The notes below the pieces were generated by a model. That model did not search any database. It was not told the origin of the DNA and worked only from the letters and a program-made list of their open reading frames with translations. The position numbers were made by a program, and so were the translations under genes. 64,000 nt of DNA from NCBI RefSeq assembly GCF_025526975.1, contig NW_026515682.1, positions 62,001-126,000 on the forward strand, in the 5' to 3' direction. Below, piece by piece: positions 26,383 through 41,100 of the stretch; the stretch's first letter is position 1; each line of letters starts with the position of its first letter. This DNA is from Fimicolochytrium jonesii (Eukaryota).

Positions 26383-29147
26383 TCTACATCTCCGCGTCTT
26401 CCAAATATCGATATTCGAACCTATTGTGGATTGAAAACATGGCCTTAGTGAACGTTCCGCTGTGCTCATCACAATGGCAGGTTCAGAACCCTCACCTGAA
26501 ATCTGCCTTCTTTCTTTGGCACCATGCTCCCTCATAATCGAAGTATATATACGTCCCCATCTCAAACTCATCCGTAATTTGCTTTGGCTCCTCGTGTCGT
26601 TGGAACCATGTCAGGTACTTCTTATGAAAGCGCCATGATTGACGCTTAAGTTCCCGTGCGGCCAGAAATCTGTCATCGCCGAGGCGGAACGGTCAGAATG
26701 GCGTTTCGTCACAAGAAAGTGGAATCCCGCAAGGTTTGCTTACTGTTGATATGTTCCTTGCTGGTAGTAAAAGATGAAGAACAGTACGTCGGTGTCAAAT
26801 TTTTCATACACTGTAGGGTTGTCGAACAGAGAAAGGGGGAGCTGCGGGTAATATGCTGGTACTGGGTAGGGCTTCTTGGGAATGTAGTGCTTTGGTCTGA
26901 GACGGAAGCGGGCAAGATCAGTTATCATTGATCTGATGTAGCCTACGAGACGGAAGCAGACTTTCGACTTACTTCTCCGAGTCGACGGGTTCTGGCAGGT
27001 GTTGAAAGCTAGTTTGAAGCATCTCATGAAGAAAGCTAGCGTCGTCACGCGCTTTCGTTGCTGAATGGATAGTAGAAACATTAGCATGTCGTGTTGCAAG
27101 GCGCCAGAACGAAGAAGACTCGGTTCCGTACATCGATCTCTCGTCGCCTCGAACGATTGTACCAGGTCTGCAAGCGTTGGCGGTAGGCGGTTGTCAATCG
27201 GCTCTGTGACCGCATCGTCCTTTCCGGGATCTGGAAGCCCACTTTTCGTTGTTGTTGTCGATGGCAGTAATGAAGACGCGGGAATATCTGCCGCTGTTTG
27301 TTGCTGAAGTTGTAGGATGTGTGCAGCCGTGCCAACCGCTGGTAACGGCACTTGGGATGACAATGCGACGGGTGCAGGTTCTAGACATGTGGCGATATAT
27401 TTAGCATTTGCTTCCCGGTTCTCAGCAGAAAACGATGGGAACAATAACCTTTTGGTACATTCCTTTTGTCTGCCGCCGATATTGTTGCAGTCCGTGACGG
27501 CTCCGTAGTTGTTGGTGCGGATGCTGCAGCGGCTGCTGAGTATCTTTGCGTGATACTTGGCACTGGTACTGGATCCGGGACACGGGCCGTAGGAACGATA
27601 TTCCGGGCCGGCACCGCAACGACTTTGATTGGAGTTTTCACCGCTATTGGCGGTTTGGAGGCGGCTGCGCCATGCATGTATTAGCATCCTGAACTAGGTT
27701 GGCACAAGCACGGACAACCGACACCTACAGTGGGCACGAGACAGGGGCTTGCTGGGAGTGGACTTTGTCGGCGTGACAATCTGGTGACGGACGTTCTCAC
27801 ACGTTGAGCACTTCTGATGCTCGGGCGAACAAAATGCGCAAATTTTCTCACCTCCTCAGGTTCTTTCTCTTTCGCCTTTTTCTTCGTTGGCTCCTCCACA
27901 ACCTTTGTATCCCGTACCGGCGTTCCCAGTTCATTCTGGAGGACCTGCATGATGAGTTCTCAACACTTCCAAGCACAGCATCTATCACAAAGCTCACCTC
28001 CTTCTCCTTTGGCGGCGTTTCTGGTTCTGTAGGCGATACAACGTAAGCGGATACGCTTTACAACAGCACTTATTTTCCGCAGCTCACCTCCATCGAGATC
28101 CTGCTCGCCATCCGCCTTCAAGCCATAGGCTTCGAGGTTCTCCAGATCCAGATCCTCATAGATATACTCGTTCTCATCAAAATCGGAATCTTGATTATTT
28201 TTCACATAGTAATCGACGTCATCTTTGATGTCTTTGACCTAAAGTATCCTTCGATGAGCTTTGGACTCTTCTGTATTCCCCTCCGTCCAAGGACGAGGGA
28301 TGCCTTGCCTGCTGCACTTTGAGCTCTTCATTTGCGACCATGCGCTGGATGATTTCCAGCTGTGTCATGTGAAATTTGTGTCGTTCCAGGTGATGATCGA
28401 TGGCCGCCAAGCGCTCTGCTTTCGACTGATCCCCGCCTTTCCGACCCTTTCGCACAAGGACTTGCAAGCTCTCCTGCTCCGCTTCAAATATCTCGACTTG
28501 ACGGTTCAATTCTTTCACCGTATCTGATATCCAGTCCTCCAAGTCTTCCCGTTCTTTCACTTCCGGATCGTACTTCTGCGGTTGGAGCAATCCCTCTTTC
28601 GAGAACGCTTTGAGTTTGAGGGCTTTCTCGGCGGCTTTAAATCGTTCCATTTGCTATACAGGATAGGTTCCGTGAGCCATTGTTTCGCCCGAAATTTACG
28701 CCGACGGCACACAAAGCGATGTCCTCTGCCTCACTCCCGTCAAGGGATCCCGAAACACACCTCCTCTATTAGCCGCCGATTGTCCTCCAAGCTCCGTTTA
28801 TCTTTGATTTCGCTCGAGGACAGCCATGTTCGTATTTGATCTCTTAACCTTTGCAGCTTTTTGATTTCCTTCTTGAGATCTCCTTCATACTTTTCCTTCT
28901 GTGCCGAAGTTGTTGCAGCATCGAGCTTGTCAAAGATTTCTCGAAAAATCTCCACTCCCTCGGCGACCCGTTTCAGGACCTTGTCGATCTCGCCTGGGAA
29001 AAATGCCAGCAACGTTAACTCAAGCGATCAAAGGAAACTTCGGGATCACCAGTCTCCAAGTAGCCTGGTTGGTAAAGAGGGTTTGCTCTCAATGGCCAGG
29101 CAAGCTCTGGGACCACAGATAGTACCTAACAGCTTCCGATTTGCCAT
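26383..29147 (-). CDS. NOT3: CCR4-NOT complex subunit Not3/Not5
   Basis: [88 protein letters not shown]. Confidence 0.93.
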
Positions 29148-29644
29148 GGTCAACGCGTTTCGACAAACAGCGAGCAGTCAACCGGCGAGCACAAAGTGCA
29201 ACAAGGGGTATGTGAGTAAGTGGTGTGTGGCGGATGCGGCTGCTTCAGATTACAAGGTCTGTCCTTCGCTGGGCAAGGCATCCAGGTAAATGTACGGAAA
29301 GCAAATGAAACTGATCTACCCCGAGGTTGGTGGACTGCTTGTGTCTCAGTAAAAGCAGATAGCTTAGCGAAGGTGCGACTCCCGTACAACGCTATGGCGG
29401 TTCAGTTGAGAGGAAGATCCTTTGAAGGTGTCGAGTTGCACAATGGCCACAGCAAATTGCAATAGTGGGGGGATATGTGGAAATGTGCACGGTGAGGATG
29501 TGAGGCTGGGGGGGGAAGCATCACAATATTTTGACAGCATGTGAAGACGAGACGAGCAGAAGACAAACCCATATAAAACAAACAAAATGTAATCACGTGC
29601 CAAGAGCGGAACAGGAGAACACAGTCGAAACGCCCCTGGCCATT

Positions 29645-29688
29645 GGAACAAACGAGAACGTTCCGCTCCACGCGTTTCCGTCCCGTTC
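29645..29688 (+). promoter_or_regulatory. Candidate heat-shock element upstream of HSP104
   Basis: GAA at 29646, aGAAcgTTCc at 29655-29664, and further TTC at 29676 and 29686; about 290 bp before the ATG. Confidence 0.45.
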
Positions 29689-29949
29689 TGCCATCACTCT
29701 GACGAACGATTTGCCAATAATATCGGGAAAGTGAACTTGAACGGGGATGGCGATGTCGCTAGCAACCGTTCGCTCGAGCTCGGGGTCTCCTCCATACACT
29801 TTCTCGCCTATGTAAGCGGCTCACTGCAAGCTCCTCTTGCCACTTGAGAACCATATCTTCGTATATCGCAATACACTGGCCTCCTACAGAAGCACACAAC
29901 CTACTACCGCTACCACTCCTCGCATTTATACCCCATCAACTTTTCCGAA

Positions 29950-32646
29950 ATGGCTTTTAACGCCGACCTCTACACCGACAAGACGTCCGCTGTCATAAAG
30001 AAGGCGGAAGACCTTGCCCGAGAGTTTGCCCACGTTCAGCTCGCCCCGGTGCATATCGCGTCCGCACTATTCGACGACGAAGATGGTCTTATCCGATCCA
30101 TTGTGACCAAAGCAGGCGGGGATCCCGCCACGGCGGAACGACGCTTCAAGTCCCTACTTGTGAAGCAGCCCACTCAAGACCCAGCACCAGACCAGTTAAC
30201 CCTGCACCCCGCGACCGCAAAAGTACTTCGTACTGCCGACGACATACGAAAAAAACAAAAGGACTCGCATATCAGCATCGACCACGTAATACTTGCCATG
30301 GCCGAGCAGAAAGACATTCAAACCGCTTTCGGGGAAGCGGGTGTCACACCAAAAGCCCTGGAAGATGCCATCAGCAAGATCCGTGGCACACGACGCGTAG
30401 ATTCGAAGTCAGCCGACTCTACTTACGAAGCCCTTTCGAAATACGCTATCGACCTCGTGTCGATGGCAGAGCAAGGAAAGCTCGACCCTTGCATCGGTCG
30501 AGACGACGAGATCCGACGCGTTATCCGGGTGTTGGCACGAAGAACGAAAAACAACCCGGTGCTAGTCGGAGAACCAGGTGTCGGCAAGACGGCTATCGTT
30601 GAAGGCTTGGCGCAGCGGATCTTGCGGAAGGATGTGCCAAAATCCTTACAATGCCGCATCTTCAGCCTCGACATGGGCGCTTTAATCGCCGGCGCCAAGT
30701 ATCGCGGAGAGTTCGAAGAGCGGTTGAAGGCGGTCCTGAAAGAAGTGAACGACGCCGAAGGCAACATTATCATGTTCATCGACGAATTGCACACGGTCTT
30801 GGGAGCAGGGAAGACGGAAGGATCGATGGATGCGGCCAACCTGCTGAAACCAATGCTTGCTCGAGGCGAGCTGCGGCTCATCGGAGCGACCACTCTCGCC
30901 GAATACCAGAAGCACGTCGAAAAGGACGCAGCCTTCGAGCGTCGTTTCCAGATGGTTCAAGTAGGAGAGCCATCTGTCGAAGCGACAATCTCCATCCTTC
31001 GTGGTATCCGCGAAAAGTGGGAGACTTTCCACGGCGTCCGCATTCACGACGCCGCACTCGTCACAGCGGCCGTACTCGCTGACCGCTACATCACGAATCG
31101 CTTCCTTCCGGACAAGGCCATCGATCTGGTTGACGAGGCGTGCGCAAACATCCGGGTGCAACTCGACTCACAGCCCGAAATCATCGATACCCTTGAGCGA
31201 AAGCACCTGCAATTGGAAGTTGAGGCCACCGCTCTAGAAAAGGAGAAAGATTCCGCATCCCAACAACGACTTCTTAAGGTTCGCGAAGAATTGGCCCGAC
31301 TCGATGAGCAGATGAGGCCGCTGAAGGCCCGCTACGAACAAGAGAAAGGGCGCCTCGACGAGATTCGATCCCTCAAAGCGAAACTCGATGAACTGAAGCA
31401 CAAGATTCAAGACGCCGAGCGAAGGCATCAAGTCGAACGCGCTGCCGACCTGAAGTACTACGCCGTTCCGGAAGTGGAAAAGAAGATCAACCAGCTCGAG
31501 GTTGAGCTCAAGGAGGAACGCCAGAGGCAAGCAGACGCCGCCGCCTCGGGCCAGAACTCTTCTCAGCTCGTCTCCGAAGTAGTCACTCCCGATCAGATCA
31601 TGGAGGTCGTCTCTCGATGGACGGGAATCCCGGTGACGAAGCTCAACAAGTCTCAGGTCGACCGCCTGCTGGGTCTTGCTGACGTCCTGCACAAGCGCGT
31701 CGTCGGGCAGGATGCGGCGGTTAAGGCGGTCGCAGAAGCAGTCCTCCGGTCGCGTGCCGGTCTCAGCGGGGGTGGCACCATCGGCTCATTCTTGTTTCTC
31801 GGGCCAACTGGTGTAGGGAAAACGGAGCTGGCAAAGGCTCTCGCAGGCGAGCTCTTCGACGATGACAAGAAGGGCTTAATTCGCCTCGATATGTCTGAGT
31901 ACATGGAGCAGCACACCGTGGCACGACTGATTGGTGCTCCGCCCGGGTACGTTGGCTACGACGAAGGTGGACAGCTGACCGAAGCTGTCCGAAGACACCC
32001 GTACGCCGTCATTCTTTTCGACGAAATCGAAAAAGCGCACCCACAAGTACTCAACGTCCTGCTTCAGCTTTTGGACGAAGGCCGGTTGACGGATGGCAAG
32101 GGCCGCACGGTCGACTTCTCCAACACCGTAGTAATCATGACATCCAACGTCGGATCCCACCTCCTTCAAGCCGCCGTGACCGTCACTCCCGCCGTAGAAG
32201 ATGCCGTCATGAACGAAGTCCGCCGTACATTCAAGCCCGAACTCCTCAACCGCATCACGGACATTGTCGTCTTCCACTCCCTCGGTCACGAACACCTGCG
32301 GAAAATCGTCCACATCCAGGTTGCTGAAGTCGCGAAACGATTGGCGGGGAGGAACATTAAGCTGCGCATATCCGACGCCGCCGCCGATGTGGTGCTGGAG
32401 AAGTCGTTCGACCCTCTATACGGCGCGCGTCCTATCCGTCGCTTCCTCGAGAGGGTGTTGCTCACGAAACTGTCAAAGGACCTTCTCAGCGGGCATCTCA
32501 CAGACAACTGCCTCGCGTCTGTTGAAGCAGCGACAGAGAACACCGACGGCGCCGCCGACGCGGACGATGGTCTCGTCGTCAGAGTCGAGCCGCTCCCCGG
32601 TTACGAGAGGAGCGACTCGAACGATCGAGACATGGAGATGGATTGA
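29950..32646 (+). CDS. HSP104: Hsp104/ClpB AAA+ disaggregase, intronless
   Basis: 898-aa ORF with two Walker A motifs ([16 protein letters not shown]), [13 protein letters not shown], a coiled-coil middle domain and an acidic C-terminus DMEMD. Confidence 0.97.
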   Translation: MAFNADLYTDKTSAVIKKAEDLAREFAHVQLAPVHIASALFDDEDGLIRSIVTKAGGDPATAERRFKSLLVKQPTQDPAPDQLTLHPATAKVLRTADDIRKKQKDSHISIDHVILAMAEQKDIQTAFGEAGVTPKALEDAISKIRGTRRVDSKSADSTYEALSKYAIDLVSMAEQGKLDPCIGRDDEIRRVIRVLARRTKNNPVLVGEPGVGKTAIVEGLAQRILRKDVPKSLQCRIFSLDMGALIAGAKYRGEFEERLKAVLKEVNDAEGNIIMFIDELHTVLGAGKTEGSMDAANLLKPMLARGELRLIGATTLAEYQKHVEKDAAFERRFQMVQVGEPSVEATISILRGIREKWETFHGVRIHDAALVTAAVLADRYITNRFLPDKAIDLVDEACANIRVQLDSQPEIIDTLERKHLQLEVEATALEKEKDSASQQRLLKVREELARLDEQMRPLKARYEQEKGRLDEIRSLKAKLDELKHKIQDAERRHQVERAADLKYYAVPEVEKKINQLEVELKEERQRQADAAASGQNSSQLVSEVVTPDQIMEVVSRWTGIPVTKLNKSQVDRLLGLADVLHKRVVGQDAAVKAVAEAVLRSRAGLSGGGTIGSFLFLGPTGVGKTELAKALAGELFDDDKKGLIRLDMSEYMEQHTVARLIGAPPGYVGYDEGGQLTEAVRRHPYAVILFDEIEKAHPQVLNVLLQLLDEGRLTDGKGRTVDFSNTVVIMTSNVGSHLLQAAVTVTPAVEDAVMNEVRRTFKPELLNRITDIVVFHSLGHEHLRKIVHIQVAEVAKRLAGRNIKLRISDAAADVVLEKSFDPLYGARPIRRFLERVLLTKLSKDLLSGHLTDNCLASVEAATENTDGAADADDGLVVRVEPLPGYERSDSNDRDMEMD

Positions 32647-32966
32647 CCACACTCGGGCCCCCGAGATCCTCAGGCTTCCGGTAAGAAAAGGAAGCTCTCC
32701 GTCGCTCCAGAAAAGAAATCGTGTCGTAGTCGCCTGTAAATATGGGTCTTGTAGTGAGAGAGATGTGTATTAGCGTAGCGTTCCTCCCAGTTTTGCTTAT
32801 CGGAATGATCCAAATCATGTATACATAAATCCTTTTGGCTGTCTCTTTGCATTCAATATACCAAAAAAATCCATCATTTACACTCATTATGCTCCATTTT
32901 GGATCCATACGCAACCAATAACATGAGATGAACGCCAGAAATCACCACTTCAATCTCACAAATGAC

Positions 32967-35910
32967 TTATGCTTTGCCCTTAATCTTCTTGAAGAAGGTA
33001 CCCAACGATCCGCTTCTTTTTAGATGAACGTTGGTCACAACCACTGTCCCCGGTGACGTGGTAACAAGTGCTATGGAAACGAAGCAGAAACCGATTTGTT
33101 AGAAACCCTTTATCTTAGACGGATCGATGGACATCCACTCATACCTTTGACGATGGACAATCCCAGCTCTGCAGGGTCGAGTGGATCCGATGAAGGAAGA
33201 AATATTACATTGTCTATGCTGTCTGTAACGCCAGAAAGCAATCTCAGCATCAGGCATGGACCATTCTTCTTCCTCGATCAGGATTGCTCGATCTCGGAAA
33301 CGAACCTCTTTCCTCCATGGCTCCCTTCAACAACCACGATTCGAACGTGGCCCCTGAAAGAGCCTCTTCATGTTTGGAGACGTGAGCGACGTAGTTTGCG
33401 TTACCGAAATACGTCGCTGGCGCCGCATTTGAGCGTTCGGTTGCGGGTGGGACGACTGTAGTCAAGTGCGGTTGAGTGTTTTGCGCCAACGCATCTCACT
33501 CACTGGGGGCTATGCTCGGGCGCCAAACAACCGCTTCGACACATACCTTGAACATCGAACTTTTTCCCAACGCACTCCAGAACCGGGGCGATGTACCGAC
33601 TAATCATGTCTCGAAGGGCATCTTGCTCGGTGTCGTCCACCAAGAAGACCACCTTGTGCTCGACCAATGGGGAAAAGTTGCCTGCACAGAAGCCGTTAGT
33701 GTAAGCGGAAAGGTCATATAGCGATATATGAACTCACCTTGGCATGCGACATAGTTAAACTTTACACACCACTCCACAGCAGCCGACTCGCCATCGGCAC
33801 ACTCAAACGTAAATTGCCGCAGCTTTGGAGGCGATGACAATTTTGTCGTTGGGACGGCGAACAGTGTGATTTGGGACCCGCGGTTGCTTACGACGAGTAT
33901 CCGGGTGATACGGAGATTGAAATGCACGCCATGAAACTTTCCTGTCAAGGGTCGAAGATATGAGCTTCGTGCCAAACCTAGAGCCGATCATTGCAGACGT
34001 CTTACCTTTTGCATGGATACACCGCAACGTATTCCTTCTGAAGGTGATGTCATGGTCAGCCCCATTCACTACGGCCCTCATCGCCAGCTCAGACATGCCC
34101 TCGTCTGTCGCATCGTCGAGCGAGGATCCGGAAAGCGATCGCGATAAGCTCGTTCTTGCCTCTATCTCTTCGTCTCCCCCGTCCTCAGTTGCGTTCGACG
34201 CTGGTGAACCTATCGCCTCCCTCGTGCTCGACATTAACCTTTCGGCGGTGGAGAACCGGATGGACTCGGTCAGGTTGTGCTGGCTGCCGAGGTCCTGCCG
34301 AAGCTCATGTGAAGATTTGTTTGGAGGAAGATTGAGCTTCACGCCGAGGGGGATGTTTGAAAACCGAAGGGCTGGCAGACGGGGCGCCTTACTGCCACTG
34401 CCAAACGAGTTTATTGGCGACCCAGGACTGTCAATGAAGTGGGGAGCGGGACGCTGCTGATGATCCGGAAGGGCTGGTGCTGCTTTACTGTATTGCTCAT
34501 CCGTTTCGGGTATCCTCGTGATGGAGGATTTCCTTCCAACGGGCAGCACTGTTACGACATGTTGACCGGCATTCCCGAACCCTTCGCCTGCCTCGACCAC
34601 CATCCCTGGCTCCAAATCCTTCACCGCCTCCGGCCCAAGCTCATTCTCTGCAATCCCAGTCTGCGACACGATGGAACCTCTGTGCGACATGATCCCCGGC
34701 CCAGGAACGAGAATTCGCGGGGTGGCATACTTGACTTCTGTAACGACAGGAGCATTGATTTGCGCTAATGGCAGTGATGGGGCGGCGTCCTTAAGTGTGA
34801 GCTTGCGGAAAACGTGGCTGTATGCATCATACGAGAAGGTGGTTGGGTCCTCAGATGGTGATGCGGGCGAATCGAATTGAGACGATGTGTTGATCGCGCC
34901 ATTTGAAGAATTTTCCTCTTCGTGGGTCAATGCTTCCTGTGAAGCGTCATCAAGTGCATGCCTCTGCCATGTTGTATCACTTTCGTTCGCAAACAATGGC
35001 TGTTGCCGTGAGCGTCCCTCTACCGCCACCTTGTCGTCCACCAACTCATCTTCAGCCGTTGTGACTGTCTTTGAAGTTGATTGCTTGGCTTCCGATTGTT
35101 TGATATCAGTCAGCGCGGGCAACTGCTCTTCATCTTCCTCCAAGCGCGCAGCACTCATCTCTGCGTCAGCTGGCGTTGGCTGCGGTGCATCATGTCGTTC
35201 CACTGTTCGATGAGTGCTTTCCTGCTCGTTCGCAGCCAGTGAAGGTACATGGCGTGCTCGGTTGTCTGCATCTGCATCGCCCGTTCCGCGCTCCTGCGGC
35301 CGCCCGCCTCTTGAAACATCCTCGGGTAATGAGGTACCCCTTGGCGGGGCCCTCAGTTCCTCCTCCAATGCGTTTGCCGGTTGTCTTTCCTCAATCTCCT
35401 TTGCCATAGTTGCTACCGGCGGAGCGGTCTCCTCTACTGGGCCGGTGGCCCTATCCAGCATTGCAGCCAGATCGGTCAAGTCAGATTTGTGTGTGGTGGT
35501 TTCCGTCCGCACCATAGGCGTTGATGAAGGAGTAGCTGTGACTTCCGGTGTTGGTGGGAGTTTTTTTGGAGCCCTAGCTAATGGTTTGAGGTGAATCAAT
35601 ATATGCATTGTGATTGATTCCACAAGGTGCATATGGTGCTGGGAAGTTGGGTCACATACGCAAGGCCGAGTTCATTCGCATTGGTGTAGAGGCGCCGCTT
35701 TTTTCCTGGACATCCCGGAATGCGTGGTCAACAGCATTAGATGAACTCTCTTTGGTGAAAAGACGGTGCGGAAGCGCATACCCAATTTTTGACCAGTTCC
35801 TTCACACTGCTCGGTGATATCGCATCCACTTCGAGCTTTTTCTCACCGGCTACGTCCTCCTTCACATTGGACACTTCTTTCGCCGCTGACCTGCGGTCCA
35901 CCGTCGCCAT
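32967..35910 (-). CDS. Large disordered protein with C-terminal PH-like and degenerate DAGK/sphingosine-kinase-like segments
   Basis: Probable ATG at 35910, then a long acidic/Ser-rich exon. Later exons encode FTFECADGESAAVEW, KVVFLVDD..ISRYIAPVLECVGKKFDVQ and DPLDPAELGLSIVK. Ends TFFKKIKGKA*. Confidence 0.6.
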
Positions 35911-36426
35911 TGCGTACAACTTTTCTCGGACCAGAGGGAGAGAACTTCGGCGGGTGTTCTTTCACCGCGACGATGTGTATATGGGTACAGTACACCCTTT
36001 CTCAGCCCACGATGTGTTTTCCTTTAAGGTGTCAAATTGCGCGTAAGTGACCAATGGAACAGGAGGCACCGACACGAACTCAGGACACAACCGAGAGAGG
36101 GTCCCCGCCTTGAACCCTCCCATAGCGCCATATAGTGCGAGGGGTCCATGGTGCGTGTGTGGATGAGTGAGGGAACAAGGTCAACTCTAAATAAAAAGCC
36201 AAGAAGCTTTGTGGGGACTGCAAGCTGGACTGCAAGACTGCAGACGCGTTGGGACGCCTTCTGGACTTTCTCGACGGAGCTCCTGGAGCTTCTCGAGACT
36301 GGAATCAAACGAAGCTGTTGCTCAATTCCCGGCGGTGAGAAAATATATAGAGGAGGTCGCCCTCAGCTTTGCAACCTTCCAGCAACCGCTCGTTGGCCCA
36401 GAGGCACCGGCCTTCTCGCAGTCACT

Positions 36427-37573
36427 ATGTCGTACGGCGAACGGGACGACGACTTGACCCACATTAGCTGGAAGGACACAGCCTTCATCCAGACGGTGAG
36501 TCTGTGTGCTCTTTGGTTATCGAAAGACTTTGCTGTGCAGTACTTCCTTGCGAGTCGCCTTTCCTCTCTCCTGTACTCAATCTCGTCAAAATATTGTAGT
36601 ACGGCCTGAACAAGGACAATGTTATGGCATACTTCTCGTTGAGTCCTTTCTTCGACAAATCGTCCATCAAAGAACAGATTAGTATGCAGACTCGTTTCAA
36701 TCAGTTGGATGCGGGTCAATCCACGCAACCGGAGCGGTATGTCGTGAATGTCTCACAATAAGAAACCGGTCCGCAAGGCAAGGAATAAGTCATTCATAAA
36801 TCTCGCGGAAAAACCTCGATCAGCACTATAACCGGTCTGGACTACGAGTTACTTGACGCAAACGATACACTTCCCACTCTTTTCACAATAGTCAAAGGCG
36901 ACAGGAAATCACCCACACGAGGTTTGACCGCCTCTTCACGTCGGAAGTTGGTCTACACCATCCTTGCATCTGAGACAGTCTGATCTTTGTTCAGTGAACC
37001 GCCTTGCCGTCTATTATGTCATTGATGGCACAATCTATCAAGCACCGGATCTTTATAGTCTGTTGAGCAATCGAGTAGTGAGTGCCGCGTGATTCCCAGA
37101 TGATGAACATCTTCCTCATAATCATCTCACTTCGTATATCCTTCCAGCTAAACTCGCTGCATCAAGTTCAAGATGCCTTCACCACCCTTAGTTCAGAAGC
37201 TCGATACCACCCCTCTATGGGACACTACTGGCGCTCGGATGAAAAGCTGTTGTCGCAAGCAATGGGCAAAGCACATGGCGGGGAGGATCCGGCGGAAATG
37301 ACTCTTCCGAAGAGACGAGATACGACAGATGTCGGCGGAATCCCAAAAGTTGACCCGGCACCGGTCATGCGCGCCAAGCTCTTGGCAAGAACGCCCGACG
37401 ATCGCATACGGGCGGGTCAGTTTGCGAGCGGGTTGGACATGCTATTGGAAGACACTTGGGCCGCCGCGCAAGAGCCATTGGGAAGATGGGATGAGAACTC
37501 GATGGACCTTGCAACGGTTCCCGTCCAAAACAATACAAGGCTATCTGGATCAACACCGGCAGCCCCCGCATGA
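36427..37573 (+). CDS. MED6: Mediator subunit Med6
   Basis: LTHISWKDTAFI, NVMAYFSLSPFFDKS, GLDYELL, YYVIDGTIYQAPDLYSLLSNRV, ARYHPSMGHYW. Confidence 0.9.
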
Positions 37574-38160
37574 GCCTATTTGGAATGAACGCTGGAGTGT
37601 TAGGTGAGCTTCTCATGCTCCCTCTCGACCCCTGGGAGCCGTTGAAATCCCAGGGAGGCCGTTAAAATTGGCCGGCGACAATTAGTTAGCTCAGGCATTC
37701 AGATACAGCACATCGGTCCTCCTACCTGTGCGTCAAGCTCGGCACGAATCGAAAGACGTCTGAGACAACTCCGTAGAGGAGCGTTTGGCGGGATCATGGC
37801 GTATTGGCATGGGTGAACGAAGCTTCGGTTCATTCATCTTGGTATCGGACGGTGCGGTGTCATTATAGGGCTGCGTGGAGGCGCGGTTCTCCGACAAGCA
37901 GCATGGTGGAGGGGCAGCGTAACCACTTCCAGGATGGTATGTGTCTTTGTTCAACGGAGACAAGCTTGAAGGCTTTCTACTTTACATCGCCAACGGAACA
38001 ACTGTACATCCTTCCTGTCGGACGCCTTTGTTTTCATCAGACCACTCGAAACACATTCTGGGTTTCTTTTGGATGGACGTATACAAGAATCACGATTTAG
38101 AATCATAATCTACATAACTATGACATGGGGAATGAATTGTGGGCGGGCTGTGGAGACTAT

Positions 38161-41100
38161 CTACTCTTCGGGATGATCCTCCGCCCCGCTTTCTGGGACA
38201 GCGAAGGTGCTTTCACGCCGCTCCACATCGTGCATCTCTTGCGATCCTTCCGACCCCACTGAATGCACCTCTTCGATTGTTGGATGTACTTCTTCAAATT
38301 CCTCATGATCTGTTGCTTCTTCGTCATATTGACCTCGGTCAGAAGCGTTGTCGTCATAATTACTGCCATCATCATCACTTTCCAACTCATCATACTGCCG
38401 CATCTGTTCATCCTCGTGGTCTTCCGCATAATCTTCTTCCTCGTATTCTTGCTCGGCTGCTTCCCCATCATGAGGCTCATCTTCCACAATGATAACATCG
38501 CCTTCCGAATCATCGGCTCCATTGTTTCCAAGTTCAGCATGCTTCTGTGGTTCAGCTGCCATCGATTCGGGAGAAGACTGCTTTCCGCTCTCTTCGAGAT
38601 TGTCGGAATCGCGCACATTCCCAATAAATCCTGTGTGGAGCAGTTCCGACGAACTATCGTCCGGCGAGTCACTCGCAGCATCGAATACCTGCATTGTGCA
38701 CTCGCTACGAGCGTCCACGTCGGTCAGGCCTGTATCACGGTCGTCAACAGGATCCGCCAACGTTACAACATCATCCTCGTCTGGCGTCGAGTCATCGGTG
38801 GCAAGTGTGGTCTCTCTCGCGTAACGCGGTTGCACGCGTTGTAAATGCGCTGGAGGGGACAGGCGCTTCGCCGAATGCATAATAGTTTCGGAACTTTGGG
38901 TCTCATAATGACTACCTTCTTCGGAAGACAGGGTTTCGGATGGTAATGCTGATGCGTCTGCGACCACGTTCACCTCCTCATCCGGGATATCAGCAGCTGC
39001 TGATGGCTGCTGAACAGACAACTGGCCGTGCTGTGCATTGCCCACTTTCGCTGAAACAAACGCCTGCGAAGTGTCATCGCCTAACGACATGTCAATCTCC
39101 GAGGGTGCCAAAGTCATTTCCTCGCTTGTGTGGTCAGATGCCAACACTCTTTCCATGCCTTCGTCTGGGGACTTGGATTCGATGAGCTCTTCATCACCGA
39201 TCGTTGCACCCTCGATTTGGACCTCTGCTGCGCCCGAAGCAACCACCGTCCTAGGAAAGGGTTTTTCGAAGTCGGCATTTGCTCCTTCGATCTGCTCGTG
39301 TGTCGCTGGGGCTGCATCACGAACGTCCGGGTTCCATGTCTCAGCGGTCGTCTTGAAATCATCCTTGGATTCAACATCGACAACTTCCTGCGACGGAGGC
39401 GGCACTGGCTTATCTTCACCGTCTTCAGTAGTGGGTTTGAAGGCTTGCGCATCATGGTCTGTTGCGTTTCCGTCCTCGTTCGATACGCTAGGGTGCAATG
39501 GCGCCCCGGCAGGCGAATTGGCATCAATTGCAAGCTCCGAAGATGCTGTCGATATGTGAAGCGGCTCAATTTCGTTTACAAGCTTGCTTCCGTCGTGTAA
39601 CTCTATGATTTCCATTGGTTGAAGTTGTTCGTTATTATCTGACGCGACCTCCTGAGGTACATCAACGTCGTCTTTCCCGCCGATCGGCTCGCTGATAGCC
39701 TCAGCGGAGGATGTCGGCCGGTCAAAAAAGGACGCTTGCATGGGCTCCGAGCTGAAAAGGGGTGAGGATGCTGAAGAAAGACTGACGTGTGGCTCTTCAA
39801 GTGGTTCTGAGTCTTGGAATTGTGGTGGATCAACATCCATTGTATCCACTTTCCAGTTCAAAGGGGTTTCATCATGATTGGCCACTGCGATGGACGGAAC
39901 TGGAACTTGCATACCAAATGTGGCCTGGGGAAAGGCATTCGACGGGATGTCGGAACGCCTATCAGAGCCCGAAGAATACGCACTTCCAGGAGCGGCTGTC
40001 GAGGCTTCCAGAGCCGGGTTAAACTTGTAATCCGAGATAGATTCCTCCATTTGAGCGCCAGCGGGTGACAAGGTGTTGCTTCCAACCGCAACCCCGGGTG
40101 CAAGCACAGGGACGTGGATGGCCTTAGTTGTTGATGTGCTGCCCACTTCGGCTACTTCGGCTTCTTGTGCGTCAACAGTAGTAGTCTCTCGCGCCTTCGT
40201 TGAAGGCGCCGAAGTCTCATCTACTGATGTTGTCGTTACAACAGCTAGTTGCTTTGCAATTGACGCACTAGCGTCCATCCTTGGAGCAGTCACAGGAACG
40301 TTGGTGATCGTTGGCGGAAATGAAGATTCTTTGGGGGGGACGGGCGCCGCGTTGCCGCTGATGATATGGCGCAGAGTGTTGAACCTTGGTCGCGTGGACT
40401 GAATGCTACGATATGTGGTGATCCACCCTGCAGTTTGCTGACCAGAACCCGGGGGTATAGCAATCATCGGACAGTAGTGATAATGCTGCTTCAGAGCGTC
40501 GAACTCAGCATGGGAATCGACTTGGCATTGAGATAGCTTCAGCCTTTTTCTAGAGGCGACGGCATTGTCGTCATCGTCGAACGTCCTCAAGGACTGGAAA
40601 TTCCACATAGCGACATCGTGTGCACACAGAGAGCAGCGCAAGAACTCCATGTGCCCGCTTCGAACGGCGGACTCCCATCCAAAAAGTGCTAGCAAGATCA
40701 CGGCCTGCGCCGTCTCTTCTTGACCCAGTGGTATGTCCAATGCCGCATTCTTCACGATGGTATTATAATCAATCTGAGACATAGGGCTGGAATGAGACAA
40801 GGACGGACGTCGATATGGCTGCATCTGCGTCAGAAAACTGACCTTTTCCGTCTCGGCGTTCGCATGCAGGACGGTTCTCGGAATTGTCACTCGCTGAGAC
40901 ATCAGCAAGAAATATCTATCACGAAATCCCCCAACGATCGTCGTCGGAGATGCCAGAGGAAATCGGAAAGCTGACTCTGTGGATCAGGTACATAAGTAAG
41001 ACAATAAGACCCGGATTCCAGCGACTAGAATATCTCAAACTCACCATCAAGGGCATGTAAAGCCCAGGGGCAGCTCTCCGCGTGCGCACTCTGTAGCCTT

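Noticed and set aside
29950..32646. Bacterial clpB acquired by HGT or contamination
   Set aside because: The acidic DMEMD tail, eukaryote-like N-terminus and HSE-like promoter fit cytosolic Hsp104 in continuous host context.
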